From: a virus
Length of the DNA stretch: 64,000 nt
Strand: one strand, 5' to 3'
IMG/VR virus record: IMGVR_UViG_3300028029_000006
Span: 24,236 to 88,235 of that record
In this document: in pieces, positions 21,201 to 31,083 of the stretch
Numbering within the stretch: position 1 is the stretch's first letter
How the letters are laid out: every line of letters starts with the position of its first letter
The notes under the pieces: generated by a model
What the model saw: only the letters and a program-made list of their open reading frames with translations
The model's database searches: none
What the model was told of the DNA's origin: nothing
Made by a program: the position numbers and the translations under genes

Positions 21201-21557
21201 AAACAACTTGGGTTATCAGAAGAAGCTTTAAATAATCCAGTTAAACGAGAATTAGTTATGGGGTTAAGTTTAGCTGCACTTCATATAGGATCTACCGTTT
21301 TCCAAGATCAAATTCCTGGAATGGATAAGGTTCAAACTGGATGCGAATTAGTCATTGAAGGTAAAAGCAAAGATAATTTTTCAGCAATGGTGAAACATCT
21401 TGCACCTGTTTTAATTAAATCTTCAAATTTAATGGATCCTAAGCAATACCTTTCCAATTCCATTAAAGAAAACAGTTTAATTGAAAAAGAACTATCTTCA
21501 AAAGAAGAAATTGAAGAAATTGAAATTACATATGATTTAGAAAGAGAAACAATATGA
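18225..21557 (+). CDS. Trp-repeat (23-aa) solenoid protein with hydrophobic C-terminal domain
   Basis: About 29 copies of xWxxISxxQxLSExFIxEFxxKV in six capped blocks. Confidence 0.8.
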   Translation: MKELIIKLAEKYSANGSFVSFEHDGKLSEESQKKFKDNIDWAYISQFEVLSEDFIREFKDKVNWMYVSFYQDLSENFIREFQDKVDWVKISSYQKLSEEFIKEFKDKVDWFSISYNQNLSKKFKKEFQHKLNPESKKEVMKNSLKEEIKKIAKLSDCSGMVFNDNGKLTEKSRKKFKDKVNWMYVSFYQDLSENFIREFQDNVDWFWLSCGNNPEDFIREFSHKVDWKSISSNQNLPEEFIREFSHKVDWVWISRRPNLSKEFEKEFQYKLNEAMKDSLKEEFEDNINWLKVSESQKLSENFIREFQDKVDWGYISCYQDLSENFIREFQDKVVWLNISKSQKLSKDFKKEFQHKLNPESKKEVMKDSLKKEIIYLARLNNCLDMTFDEDTGKLTTKSKEEFKERVFLTCHHEELSEDFIIEFQNEIGWTSISIYQNLSENFMREFQHELNWVNISRCQKLSEDFIRNFQHKVDWFCISKYQVLSEDFIREFQGRVNWPEISCNQVLSEDFKEEFKHKLNQTRINEIDFFKNLHNETNSESLSTEFFIELQHKLDIDKLNSGLKKEIKKIAKLNNCSEMMFNCYNGELTKKSREEFINKVDWIAISTQKLSEDFIKEFQDEVDWRNISNNQKLSEGFIREFKDKVWWYEISINQKLSEGFIREFKDKVWWYEISIYQKLSEEFTKEFKDKVVWLNISHKQNLSEDFIKEFQNKVNWINISYHQNLSEGFIKEFKDEVDWDGISNNQKLSEDFIREFQNKVNWFSISYNQNLSKKFKKEFQHKLNPESKKEVTKDSLKEEIKKIAKLSYCSEMAFDYYNGKLTEKSRKKFKDKVDWYNISSWQDLSEEFIKEFQDEVCWGDISCYQKLSEGFIREFQDEVCWGDISCYQKLSEGFIREFQDKVDWVNISHKQILSEDFIREFQDKVCWHYISLSQVLSEKFKEEFQHKLDPTKKKTKIDLVKQSGNKIKDSIKHGIAVGAATEAINYVFNLISKQLGLSEEALNNPVKRELVMGLSLAALHIGSTVFQDQIPGMDKVQTGCELVIEGKSKDNFSAMVKHLAPVLIKSSNLMDPKQYLSNSIKENSLIEKELSSKEEIEEIEITYDLERETI
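18342..21068 (+). repeat. 69-bp coding tandem repeat arrays
   Basis: Units visible in DNA; near-exact adjacent duplications at ~20111-20248 and ~20774-20924. Confidence 0.9.
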
Positions 21558-22186
21558 AAACAAATGATATTTATTGTGGTGATGCTTTAGATTTACTAGA
21601 AACAATGGATAATAATCCAAATCTCATTATTATGAGTCCTCCAGATATAGCAGAGACAAGTTATTCACTACCAGAATATAAAAATTTCCTTAAAAAGGTA
21701 TATGGTTTAGCTGTTAGTAAACTAAGTAAGAATGGTGTTATTGCATCTATTACTACAGATAGAAAAATGAAAGGAAAAATATATACCAAACATGTGGATA
21801 TTATTAATTTTACAGATTTAAATCTTTTTAATTACAAAATTTGGGCAAAATCACTTAAAACAAATCTTTATATTCTTAATTATTGTCATATGTTGTTTTT
21901 CAGGAATAAAAAGTGTACAAATAATAAAGTTAAAGAATATTATCCAGATGTTTGGTTGATTGAATTAGATAAATTGCCTTGGTATCCTAGCAAAGATAGT
22001 TTTCCTAGTGAATTAATTGAAAGAATAATTCTTAATTTCACAAATCCAGGAGATTTAGTATTAGATCCATTCATTGGATCTGGAAAAACAGCTAATATGT
22101 GTATTAAAAATGATAGAGAATTCCTTGGATTTGATTTAGATCCGAAAATGATTGAATTAACAAAGAAACATTTAAACATTTCTTAA
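21554..22186 (+). CDS. Beta-class DNA amino-methyltransferase (N6_N4_Mtase)
   Basis: IYCGDAL, MSPPD, FPSELIERII and VLDPFIGSGKT motifs. Confidence 0.85.
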   Translation: MKTNDIYCGDALDLLETMDNNPNLIIMSPPDIAETSYSLPEYKNFLKKVYGLAVSKLSKNGVIASITTDRKMKGKIYTKHVDIINFTDLNLFNYKIWAKSLKTNLYILNYCHMLFFRNKKCTNNKVKEYYPDVWLIELDKLPWYPSKDSFPSELIERIILNFTNPGDLVLDPFIGSGKTANMCIKNDREFLGFDLDPKMIELTKKHLNIS

Positions 22187-22187
22187 G

Positions 22188-22799
22188 GTGAATATGAATA
22201 AAATAACAAAATATTACACTTATCTAAAAATGAAATTTGGAATTGAGGTAAAATTATCAGAAGAGTTTATTAGAGAGTTTAAGGATGAAGTAGATTGGTT
22301 TTATATATCTAGTAAACAAAAATTATCTGAGAGTTTCATTAGAGAATTTCAAGATGAGGTATGTTGGGTTGAAGTATATGTTAATCAAGTGTTATCTGAG
22401 GATTTTATTAGAGAATTTCAAGATAAAGTAAATTGGAGGTATATATCTCAATTTCAAAAATTATCCGAAGATTTCATTAAAGAATTTCAAAATAAAGTAC
22501 ATTGAGATTACATATCTGCTTATAAAGAATTATCAGAAGATTTCATTAGAGAATTTAAAAATAAAATAGATTGGCACCAAATATTTATTTTTCAAAAATT
22601 ATCAGAAGATTTTTTAATAGAATTTAAAAATAGGGCAGATTGTATAGATTGGGCTAAAATATCTTGTTATCAAACATTATCTGAAGAGTTTATTAGAGAG
22701 TTTAAAGATAAAGTAGATTGGTATAATATATCTAAATGTCAAGATTTATCTGATAAATTCTTAAAACAAATGTATTATAAATATAAAAAATTAAAATAA
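22188..22799 (+). pseudogene. Trp-repeat protein interrupted by TGA at a conserved Trp codon (22503-22505)
   Basis: Repeats continue in frame past the TGA (H*DYISAYKELSEDFIREF...) to TAA 22797-22799. Confidence 0.8.
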
Positions 22800-22863
22800 T
22801 TATATTATTTTTATTAAAACTCAACAAAACATTCCAAAGGCAATATTTTAACATATTTTTGAT

Positions 22864-23676
22864 ATGAGCATCAAAAACAAAACATTGCCTTTGGATGGGT
22901 GTGTCAATTTAGTTAATAGCTTAGTAGAAGACTTCGTTAAAACAGCTGATACTGGAGCAGAATTCCCCTCTAAGAAGGATTATAAAGTTATTTCAAGGGA
23001 TGAGCCGGCTCTTGTTAAAAGAGCCGCTAGAATGGCTGCTATGAAGTCTTTGCAAATAACCCCATTAACAAAACTTGCCTTTGATACTCGAAGAGTTGAC
23101 CAAAAAACAGAAAGAGTCCCAAGAGCAAACCTGCAACATTGGAATAGATCCCAACAATTTCTTGATGATGAAGTTAAAGAAAAAATCAAATCATTCTCAA
23201 AATTACTTCCATCACTAGAACAAATTAAAAGTAAATACGGTCATCATCCAGAATATTTCCAAAGCTACGCCAAAACCCTGTTAGATTCAGTTAAAAGAAT
23301 AGCAAGAGTTGGCGAAAGTGAAATGGATATATTTAGACCACAAGTTGATTATTTAGAACAATTATTATTTACTCGTTATAGATTAAGTCTAGACGAAATA
23401 ACAAAATCTTCCAAATCCAAAATTTATGACAAACTCATGAAAAAAGATGAAGATCTTGTTAAAAGAGACGCTTACCTTAAAATGACTGGTGACTCTCAAG
23501 AAGAAAATACCAAAAACTCCTCAACTAATTTTGCCAAAGATGGTAACTCTCTAAATGATACAACTCAAGATAGTATTATTAGCGCCATTTTCGGGAATCA
23601 AGATTTAAGAAGAGATGGTGAAAAAAAAGTAGAACGAACTATTACTATTACTATTAAGGATGAGGTAATTGATTAA
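22864..23676 (+). CDS. Hypothetical head-associated protein
   Basis: 270 aa with KTAD, KRAA and KLAF motifs. Confidence 0.45.
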   Translation: MSIKNKTLPLDGCVNLVNSLVEDFVKTADTGAEFPSKKDYKVISRDEPALVKRAARMAAMKSLQITPLTKLAFDTRRVDQKTERVPRANLQHWNRSQQFLDDEVKEKIKSFSKLLPSLEQIKSKYGHHPEYFQSYAKTLLDSVKRIARVGESEMDIFRPQVDYLEQLLFTRYRLSLDEITKSSKSKIYDKLMKKDEDLVKRDAYLKMTGDSQEENTKNSSTNFAKDGNSLNDTTQDSIISAIFGNQDLRRDGEKKVERTITITIKDEVID

Positions 23677-24279
23677 GTGCCCAAACATTTTCACACTTTC
23701 TTCCCCAAAGCTGGAACGTGTTTTATTGTTAAAAATATAGCTCCCCAAGGGAAAAGAATTCGTATCTTTAACTGCCCTATACCAAATGGGGAAGAAAAAG
23801 ATCTATTAGCTATTCCTGAAATCTCAGAATCCGTTATCCGTCACTCCCTACTAAAAGGAGAACTACGCATTAAAGGTGTTTGTCAAGAAATCTTAATAAC
23901 TTGTAGTGATATCGATCTTACTCAATACAATGAAGAACAAAAAGCTTTTCTTATTAGTATTGGAATTAGCGATGGCCTCGATGGACCAGGACAAACAGAA
24001 ATCCCATTCTTATTCAAACAAGGCGCAGAACTATTAGGAACAAAAGATTCCTCTAATAGAATATTTACTACTCCAGATAAATTCATCAACGGAGCGTTTG
24101 GCGATAATGACTTCAGAATATCAGTAAAACATAATGGTAGAGATCTAATAGCTGGTTGCGATTTTACCATGATAGAATCTGCTGGTCCAGGAACGGGATT
24201 CGATACATTAACCTTTATAACTTTTGTGCCAAATAGTACTAGCGAGTTATTTGCTGACTATGTTACAGAAACAACATAA
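23677..24279 (+). CDS. Virion structural protein (shared N-terminal anchor-like domain plus beta domain)
   Basis: N-terminus homologous to that of 39820..41268. Confidence 0.5.
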   Translation: MPKHFHTFFPKAGTCFIVKNIAPQGKRIRIFNCPIPNGEEKDLLAIPEISESVIRHSLLKGELRIKGVCQEILITCSDIDLTQYNEEQKAFLISIGISDGLDGPGQTEIPFLFKQGAELLGTKDSSNRIFTTPDKFINGAFGDNDFRISVKHNGRDLIAGCDFTMIESAGPGTGFDTLTFITFVPNSTSELFADYVTETT

Positions 24280-24287
24280 AGGTTAAT

Positions 24288-25646
24288 ATGACAACTCGCA
24301 AAAATGCATTAGATCAACAATTAGATGTAAAAGGTTCATTAAACCAAAATTCATCTAAAAATCTAACAGATGAAACCAATTTTTTTGGCCAAGCAATTAC
24401 AGGTCAAACAGGATCTTCTATTAGTATTGATTCCGTCACTTCTGGAATCGTAACAACCTCTGGATTAACAGGAATGTCCTCTGCCTCAATTGGTAGATTT
24501 ATTACAATTACCAATGCAACTACACTTGCTAATAATGGCACTTTTTTAATTACATCTTTTATCTCTCCAACTTCAATTACTTATTCCAATTCATCAGCAA
24601 TATCTCCCGATGCCAATAATGGCTCAATCTCTTGGACTGAAAGAGAACCATATTCATTAGAAGACAATCTAAATTTCACCAGAACTGATAGAGCCAACAT
24701 TAAAGGTACAAGTTTTGATGATGATATCCCTACTTACACAAGACCTGATGATACTCTAACAGATGTATCAGCAAATCTTACCAATATTGCCAGTAAAACA
24801 TTAGATGCACACGCTTGGGTAGAATCAAGATTCCTTGAATCAATTTCTGTTTCGACTAGCGATAGCTTTATTACAGTTTCTGATCTAGGAAATCTAAAAC
24901 ACGCTGATTCTACTAATATTTTAGGCATCCCAATTACAGATGGCTATGATTCAGGAAATGAAAGATCCGCATTCGTTGAAATTGTTGACGCAGAAATTGA
25001 TGGTTATGGAGATGGCGCTAACCTTAGAGTTCTAAATGGCGCTAGAACCGGTGAAAGAATTATTGGATTAACAAGAGAAGGATCTTCCACTTCTCCTAAC
25101 TCAGTTGAAATTGAATTTTTCTCCATTGTAGTTGGCAATTGGTCTCTATCTTCTCTTACCCCTTATTCTTGGGAAGCAGATCAGCCAAATACTATCAATA
25201 TTTGTTATGGATATAGGCAAAGATTAGACCTTTTTAATGAAAATGCTACTAGAGAAGGTCTTATTAAAGGTTATCTTAGTGATATTTATGGAACTGGTAA
25301 TTCTGGAGGAGGTAGTGGAGGCGGTTTATCAGAAGAGCAACATAAAACTTTACGTCATTTAATTCATTTTATTGATGATGGACCAGGGGATGGTTTTGCT
25401 TCAGGAGCATTTAAAGAAATTTTACCTCAAGGAAACCCATTTCATACATCCGAAACTTGGTATGTATCAGCAGCTAAAACTAATAAAATTGTTGAACTAA
25501 TTATTACTAGAGGATCTGGACAAAAACCCATTCTAGAAATTTGGAATATTTATGATACCGATGGATCAACTATTTTAGCTTCAATATCTGACGCTATTTC
25601 TTATACAGGTCCATTTGAAGATTCTCGCACAAGAGTTATTAGCTGA
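24288..25646 (+). CDS. Virion structural/fibre protein
   Basis: Ser/Thr/Gly-rich and beta-rich, with a Gly linker and two DGY motifs. Confidence 0.55.
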   Translation: MTTRKNALDQQLDVKGSLNQNSSKNLTDETNFFGQAITGQTGSSISIDSVTSGIVTTSGLTGMSSASIGRFITITNATTLANNGTFLITSFISPTSITYSNSSAISPDANNGSISWTEREPYSLEDNLNFTRTDRANIKGTSFDDDIPTYTRPDDTLTDVSANLTNIASKTLDAHAWVESRFLESISVSTSDSFITVSDLGNLKHADSTNILGIPITDGYDSGNERSAFVEIVDAEIDGYGDGANLRVLNGARTGERIIGLTREGSSTSPNSVEIEFFSIVVGNWSLSSLTPYSWEADQPNTINICYGYRQRLDLFNENATREGLIKGYLSDIYGTGNSGGGSGGGLSEEQHKTLRHLIHFIDDGPGDGFASGAFKEILPQGNPFHTSETWYVSAAKTNKIVELIITRGSGQKPILEIWNIYDTDGSTILASISDAISYTGPFEDSRTRVIS

Positions 25647-25677
25647 TTTATCATTAATTTAATATATAATTAGTTAA

Positions 25678-26346
25678 ATGAGAAACGTTGCAAAAATATT
25701 GTATGACGGATATGGGCAACCATTAGCGATCTTAGAAGATCAAACCATCTTTGGAGACCAACCTGGATTAATCTTCGCGGGAAAAGATGATAATGGCCTT
25801 GCTAGATTCTTTAGAGTTACAGATTCAGGAGCAATTAAAACCGTTTCTGGAGAAAGAACTGTTTTAGGAGAGTATTATTTTGGAAGTGACTTGATTCTAG
25901 GATCAGGCTCAATTCAAGATCTAATTACTCTAGAAAATCCAATTGGTTCTGGATTAAATCTATACATAAATAAAATAACCATTAATGGAACTGTAGATTC
26001 TAGATTCACAACCGCTTTTCTTTATAGAATTTCAAGAACTACTGGATTACCTTCCGGGGGAACAACTCAAACACCTCAATTAAGAAACTCTAATGATACA
26101 TCACCAACTGGAATTATAAGAACTTCAGCAATTGTAACTTCGGCAACCGGTAACTTATGGACAGGATCTCCTGGTATAATGACAAAAGATGGAAGTCACA
26201 ATGTTAGATTAGAAGCAATTGCTGCTTTTGAAGAGAAAAAAGAAATAGTTTTAATTCCTGGAGAAGGAGTAGTTATTAGCGCAGATCCTAACTCTTCTAG
26301 TTGGAGGCATTGGATTAATTTGCATTGGAATGAGGTATTAATCTAA
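25678..26346 (+). CDS. Virion structural protein
   Basis: 222 aa beta-rich; ILYDGYGQP N-terminus. Confidence 0.5.
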   Translation: MRNVAKILYDGYGQPLAILEDQTIFGDQPGLIFAGKDDNGLARFFRVTDSGAIKTVSGERTVLGEYYFGSDLILGSGSIQDLITLENPIGSGLNLYINKITINGTVDSRFTTAFLYRISRTTGLPSGGTTQTPQLRNSNDTSPTGIIRTSAIVTSATGNLWTGSPGIMTKDGSHNVRLEAIAAFEEKKEIVLIPGEGVVISADPNSSSWRHWINLHWNEVLI

Positions 26347-26792
26347 TGGTTGATATATTTGATGTTTCATATACAGTTTTTAAAGAAGCTGCGACTAGAT
26401 ATACTGTTCATTATTTCTCTAGACCAGCTCTTGATGGATATACCTTAGGAACAGGAAATAAAGACGTGGTTTATACTACTAATATTGTTGAATCTTCTGA
26501 TGTTAATGATTTTATTAATAATCTACTATTAACTGCAGATGAGTCTGAAAAAGAAGGTGATGTTTTAGCTAAACCAACTCTATCTACTCAAGGAAATGTT
26601 CAAAAACAATATGATCTAACAGATCCAAGTTTTCTTTATATAGGAACTGCTAAACCTGGAGTCGCTACATCATCAATTGGCTGGACAATCATACGTCATG
26701 CTTTAGATAATAATGGAACTGTTGTTGATAAAAAAAGCACAGTTGCAGACATTGCTGTGTGGGACGACAAAATCTTAGAAAATTATGTTTAA
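26346..26792 (+). CDS. Small virion structural protein
   Basis: C-terminal LYIGTAKPG...WTIIR module typical of small phage fibre-associated proteins. Confidence 0.5.
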   Translation: MVDIFDVSYTVFKEAATRYTVHYFSRPALDGYTLGTGNKDVVYTTNIVESSDVNDFINNLLLTADESEKEGDVLAKPTLSTQGNVQKQYDLTDPSFLYIGTAKPGVATSSIGWTIIRHALDNNGTVVDKKSTVADIAVWDDKILENYV

Positions 26793-26807
26793 TATACGGA
26801 TAATAAA

Positions 26808-28736
26808 ATGGCTATTTCTGGAATAACAACAACAGCAAATAATGGAGTTGAAAGAATAACTAATAAGCAAACTATCACAGGTATAGGAACTGCTGATGGC
26901 GAAACTTTAGTATTAGATGGAGGAACATCTACTCTTGAAACTGGAACATCAACAGGAACTGTGACTATTACTAATTGTCAAGTTAAATTAGATTCAGATA
27001 CACCTACAGGAAATGATGCCGCAGGAGCTATTAATTATGGAGGAAGAACTATAACTACAACCACAATGGCCTTCCGAGATAGTTTAATTTTGTGTGGGCC
27101 TTTTACAGGACGTCATAATATTCAAGTAACCGAATTAACTAGAACTAAAGTTATTGAAGCAGATAATACTGGAGAAATGTTTGTTTATACTGGGACAGAT
27201 GCAATTATTGATGATGTATTGTTTAGAGGAATTAATGTATGGGAAGTTTTTGCCCCACCTTCAATTCTTTTCAACGTTATTGTAGATGCCGTTGATTACG
27301 CATACCTAAATTGGGAAGGGGGAAGATTAGATTTTTTTAGTTTTGTTGTTTCCAATATTGGAATTGCTCATGCTTGGCACGGAACTGGAAATACCGGAAA
27401 TAATTTTGTTTATCAGTGGAATCCTGATGTTAGTTGGGATCCTGAATTAATGTATTTAACTGATACAAACAATAGAGTTTATATTGGGTATACTGCCACA
27501 TGGAGATTTGCCGATAGAGATACAGGATCTTCAGTTGAAGATGCTTTATTAATATTTAATGATGACAGAACTGGTAGTAGTTCAGAATTAGGTAGATTTA
27601 CAACAAATAGTAGTGGTATATTAACCGGAACTTATGACTCACAAAATAATTCCTCAGGTGGAAACATAGAAAGACCAACATTATTTATACAAACGTTGGA
27701 AGTAGAATCAGTTGACGAAGGAAGTCCAGGAGCTTTTACATTTCCTGTATCTGTTATTGGTGGAGATCAAGGCAATAGGCAAGCTAACTATGATATCGAT
27801 ACCATAACTCCAGAAATAGAAATTAGATCTTATCTACATGAATCTCCAACTGGTTTTGCTGTTGGTGATTCTTTTACTCCTACTGAAGAAATTGGAGCGA
27901 TCGCATCAGATTTATCTGTAACTAGATTTCAAGATTTCCTTTTACCTCCTGATGCTGGGATTACTGTTAATAAAACAACCGCTGATGCTTACTCAGGATT
28001 AGCTGATCTAGAACAACTTTTTGATAGAACTAAAGCTGAATGGAGAGATAACGACGGTTTCCCATTACCAATGAAAAATGGTGTTATTTTAGATTTTGGA
28101 GCAACTAATCTTGTTTTAGACGGAAATGCAGGGAGCACATTTGCTTTTGCTGGAAATACAATTACAGTTGATACAAGTACATCTAGTATTCCACCTATAT
28201 CTTTAGTAGGAACTACCGAATCTATTAGTTCTGGAGAAGATGACGAAATCACAATAGCTTTTCCTGGAGGAATTGCTGATGATGATTTTGCCATTATTAT
28301 AGTCGGTCATGCTCAATCTGACGAAAATGCATGGAACACACCAACTGACTGGGCAATTCCTACCGGTTTAACTGAAGTTCAAACAGGAGGCTCTCCCGCC
28401 TCTATTCCTGGAATTAGCGTTTTCACTAAAGTTCTTTCTAGTGATAGCGGAAGTGTTACTATTACTAATGTTGGAACAAATATTAGCGGAATAGTAGCTC
28501 AAATGAGAGTTTATAGAAATGTTGATACATCAGTTCCTATTGACGTTAACTCAACAACTGCATCAAATGCAACTGGGGATCCCAATCCTCCATCAATAAC
28601 ATCTGTTAATGATGGATCTATGATAATTGCTATTGGATTTCAAGATGATGGAGATCAAGCTGATCCAACTGTTCCAGCAGGATATGGTAACTTAGTTTCA
28701 ACCGCAACATTAGATGGTGCAGGAACAGGAGAGTAA
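26808..28736 (+). CDS. Fibre/surface protein, N-terminal part of a split gene
   Basis: Thr/Gly/Asp-rich; TAA is followed directly by an in-frame ATG. Confidence 0.6.
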   Translation: MAISGITTTANNGVERITNKQTITGIGTADGETLVLDGGTSTLETGTSTGTVTITNCQVKLDSDTPTGNDAAGAINYGGRTITTTTMAFRDSLILCGPFTGRHNIQVTELTRTKVIEADNTGEMFVYTGTDAIIDDVLFRGINVWEVFAPPSILFNVIVDAVDYAYLNWEGGRLDFFSFVVSNIGIAHAWHGTGNTGNNFVYQWNPDVSWDPELMYLTDTNNRVYIGYTATWRFADRDTGSSVEDALLIFNDDRTGSSSELGRFTTNSSGILTGTYDSQNNSSGGNIERPTLFIQTLEVESVDEGSPGAFTFPVSVIGGDQGNRQANYDIDTITPEIEIRSYLHESPTGFAVGDSFTPTEEIGAIASDLSVTRFQDFLLPPDAGITVNKTTADAYSGLADLEQLFDRTKAEWRDNDGFPLPMKNGVILDFGATNLVLDGNAGSTFAFAGNTITVDTSTSSIPPISLVGTTESISSGEDDEITIAFPGGIADDDFAIIIVGHAQSDENAWNTPTDWAIPTGLTEVQTGGSPASIPGISVFTKVLSSDSGSVTITNVGTNISGIVAQMRVYRNVDTSVPIDVNSTTASNATGDPNPPSITSVNDGSMIIAIGFQDDGDQADPTVPAGYGNLVSTATLDGAGTGE

Positions 28737-29486
28737 ATGCCAGGACCAGGTTTACTATTAGCTTCAGCAGATTTTTTACAAACAACTGCGGGATCAGAAA
28801 ATCCAGGAACTTTTAACTTTGTTAATAGTGATCCTTGGGGAGCTATAACTATTGCTCTTAGAAAAGGGGTAAACACAACCGCAATTTTAGCAACAGATAA
28901 ATTTACAACCATTGAAACAACTGGTACTGTCACTATTCAAGATGGCGCTATTGTTGATAATTTGATGTTTAATTCTGATGTCGTTATAGGAACTGTTACA
29001 GATCTTAATAATGTGATCATTAATGGAGATCTATCAATAACATTAGGAGGAACTTATAACTTCTCCAATGTTACCGTTACAGGAAATATAACTAATGATG
29101 ATAATACTCAAAATGTTGCTATAATTGGAACAAATAATTCTTCTTTATCAACAAGTGAACCAGGAACAGGTGCAACAGAAGTTGAAATAACTAACGCTGT
29201 TTTAATATTAGTAAAAGTTGTTAATGAAAAAGGGGGCAATGTTCCAAATGCACAAGTATTTGTTAGAAGAATAAGTGATTCAACTGTTTTATTAAATGCT
29301 GACACTAATGGATCTGGAGTAGCTTCAGCTCTTTATGATTTTACCATCTCTGAAGATGTAGAATATTCTGTTAGAAAATCTTCTCCAGGAGATACAAGAT
29401 ATTTAGATGGCTCAGGAACAGGCTCCATCATTTCATCTGGATTCTCTGTAGTATCATTATTATTAATTGATTCAAATATAGGTTAA
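28737..29486 (+). CDS. Fibre/surface protein, C-terminal part of a split gene
   Basis: Starts mid-domain; about 145 aa paralogous to the middle of 29491..31809. Confidence 0.6.
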   Translation: MPGPGLLLASADFLQTTAGSENPGTFNFVNSDPWGAITIALRKGVNTTAILATDKFTTIETTGTVTIQDGAIVDNLMFNSDVVIGTVTDLNNVIINGDLSITLGGTYNFSNVTVTGNITNDDNTQNVAIIGTNNSSLSTSEPGTGATEVEITNAVLILVKVVNEKGGNVPNAQVFVRRISDSTVLLNADTNGSGVASALYDFTISEDVEYSVRKSSPGDTRYLDGSGTGSIISSGFSVVSLLLIDSNIG

Positions 29487-31083
29487 GAAAATGGCAATTA
29501 CCAATATAGGAACAAATACAAGTAGTACCGGTAACTCATCAATACCATTAACGTTTAACCATACTCAAGTTGCTGGTTCAAATAGAGTTATTGTAGTTTT
29601 TGCAGGATCCGAAAATGCCAACGAAACTAGCACCTGGACAGTGACTTATGGTGGTCAAGCTATGACCATTGTAGAAGCACAACAAGGAGCGGGTTTTGCC
29701 AATAATGCTTTAGTTTGTTACCTATTTGAAGCTGATTTACCAGGAGATGGTTCCAATACAATTTCAGTTACATTCTCTGGAACTTCTGGATCCCTTAATA
29801 TTAACGCTTTCTGTGCAGAATATGATGGAGTTACTCAATTAATATCAGATACAGACATCGCTAATATAGGCAGTAACACTACTATTACTAATACTATTAC
29901 TGGAGCAAATACAGACTTACTCTGTTCAACTCTATCCTCAGGCGCAACAGGTAGTTTCACCCATAGTGATAGTCAAAATGAATTAATAGATTTTAATGCA
30001 AGTAGCTCGGTGTTTTCCGCCACCGATTTATTAGCAACTGGAGCTATCTCTTCACTTACATCTACATTTAGTTCCTCCGCCAATAGATTAGCTAGAGCTT
30101 GTATAGTCTTTAATGAGGCCCCATCAGGCGGAAACTACGATCAAACCAGCTTCAGAGGTAGAAACGATGATGGAACTGAAACAACAGCTACATGGAAAGC
30201 TGTTGCTAATACCAATTGGAATCAAAGACAAAATACAAATTTTAGAGTTAGATTTTTAATCCAAGAAGATGATGATGTTGAAGACCTTAATGTAGAATAC
30301 CAATTACAATATAACTTAAATGCTGCAGGTTGGAATGATGTCAATGGAGCTTCAGCTGTTGTAAGATCCTTCACATCACCAAACTTTGCAGATGGAGATA
30401 GTTGTACTCAACAAATTGGAGCAGGAACATTTATTGGATCCCAAAATGGAATGGATGAAGTTAATGGCCTTGTTGGTGGGGCCAATATGGATTGGTCAAC
30501 AACTATTAATGAAGAAACAGAAGTAGAATTTTGTTGCCAGATTAGAGGTGTTGATACAGAACGTGGAGATACTATAGAATTAAGATTACTACAAGAACCT
30601 GATATTGATTTTGGAACCTATACTTCAATTCCAACTATCACTATTCCTATTGGTGCGGGTTTAGTGTTAGCCTCATCTGATTTCTTTCAAACAACTGCGG
30701 GATCAGAAAATCCAGGTACATTTAACTTTGAAAGATCTTTACCGTGGGGAGCTATCACTATTGCTTTACGTCATTTAACTGGGGGAGCAACTAGTATGCT
30801 TCCAACAGATAAATTCACAACAATTGAAACTTCTGGCACAGTAACAGTTCAAGATGGCGCTACCATTGATGATTTAATTTTCAATGATGATGTTGTTATA
30901 GGAACCGTTACCGATCTTACAAATGTGATTGTTAATGGAGATCTGTCAATAACAGCGGGAGGTACTTATAACTTTTCTAACGTTACTGTCACGGGAGATA
31001 TTACCAATGATGATAACACTCAAAACGTTGTTGTAATTGGAACAAACAATTCCTCCTTATCAACAAGTGAACCGGGAACAGGA
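28750..31083 (+). repeat. Diverged ~420-bp duplication (about 28750-29170 and 30658-31083)
   Basis: Shared runs such as caaacaactgcgggatcagaaaatccagg and aatgatgataa.actcaaaa. Confidence 0.85.

Noticed and set aside
18342-22799. 69-bp repeats as a CRISPR array or DGR template/variable repeat pair
   Set aside because: The repeats are in-frame coding units without unique spacers; no cas or reverse transcriptase gene is in the window, and I saw no adenine-specific variation
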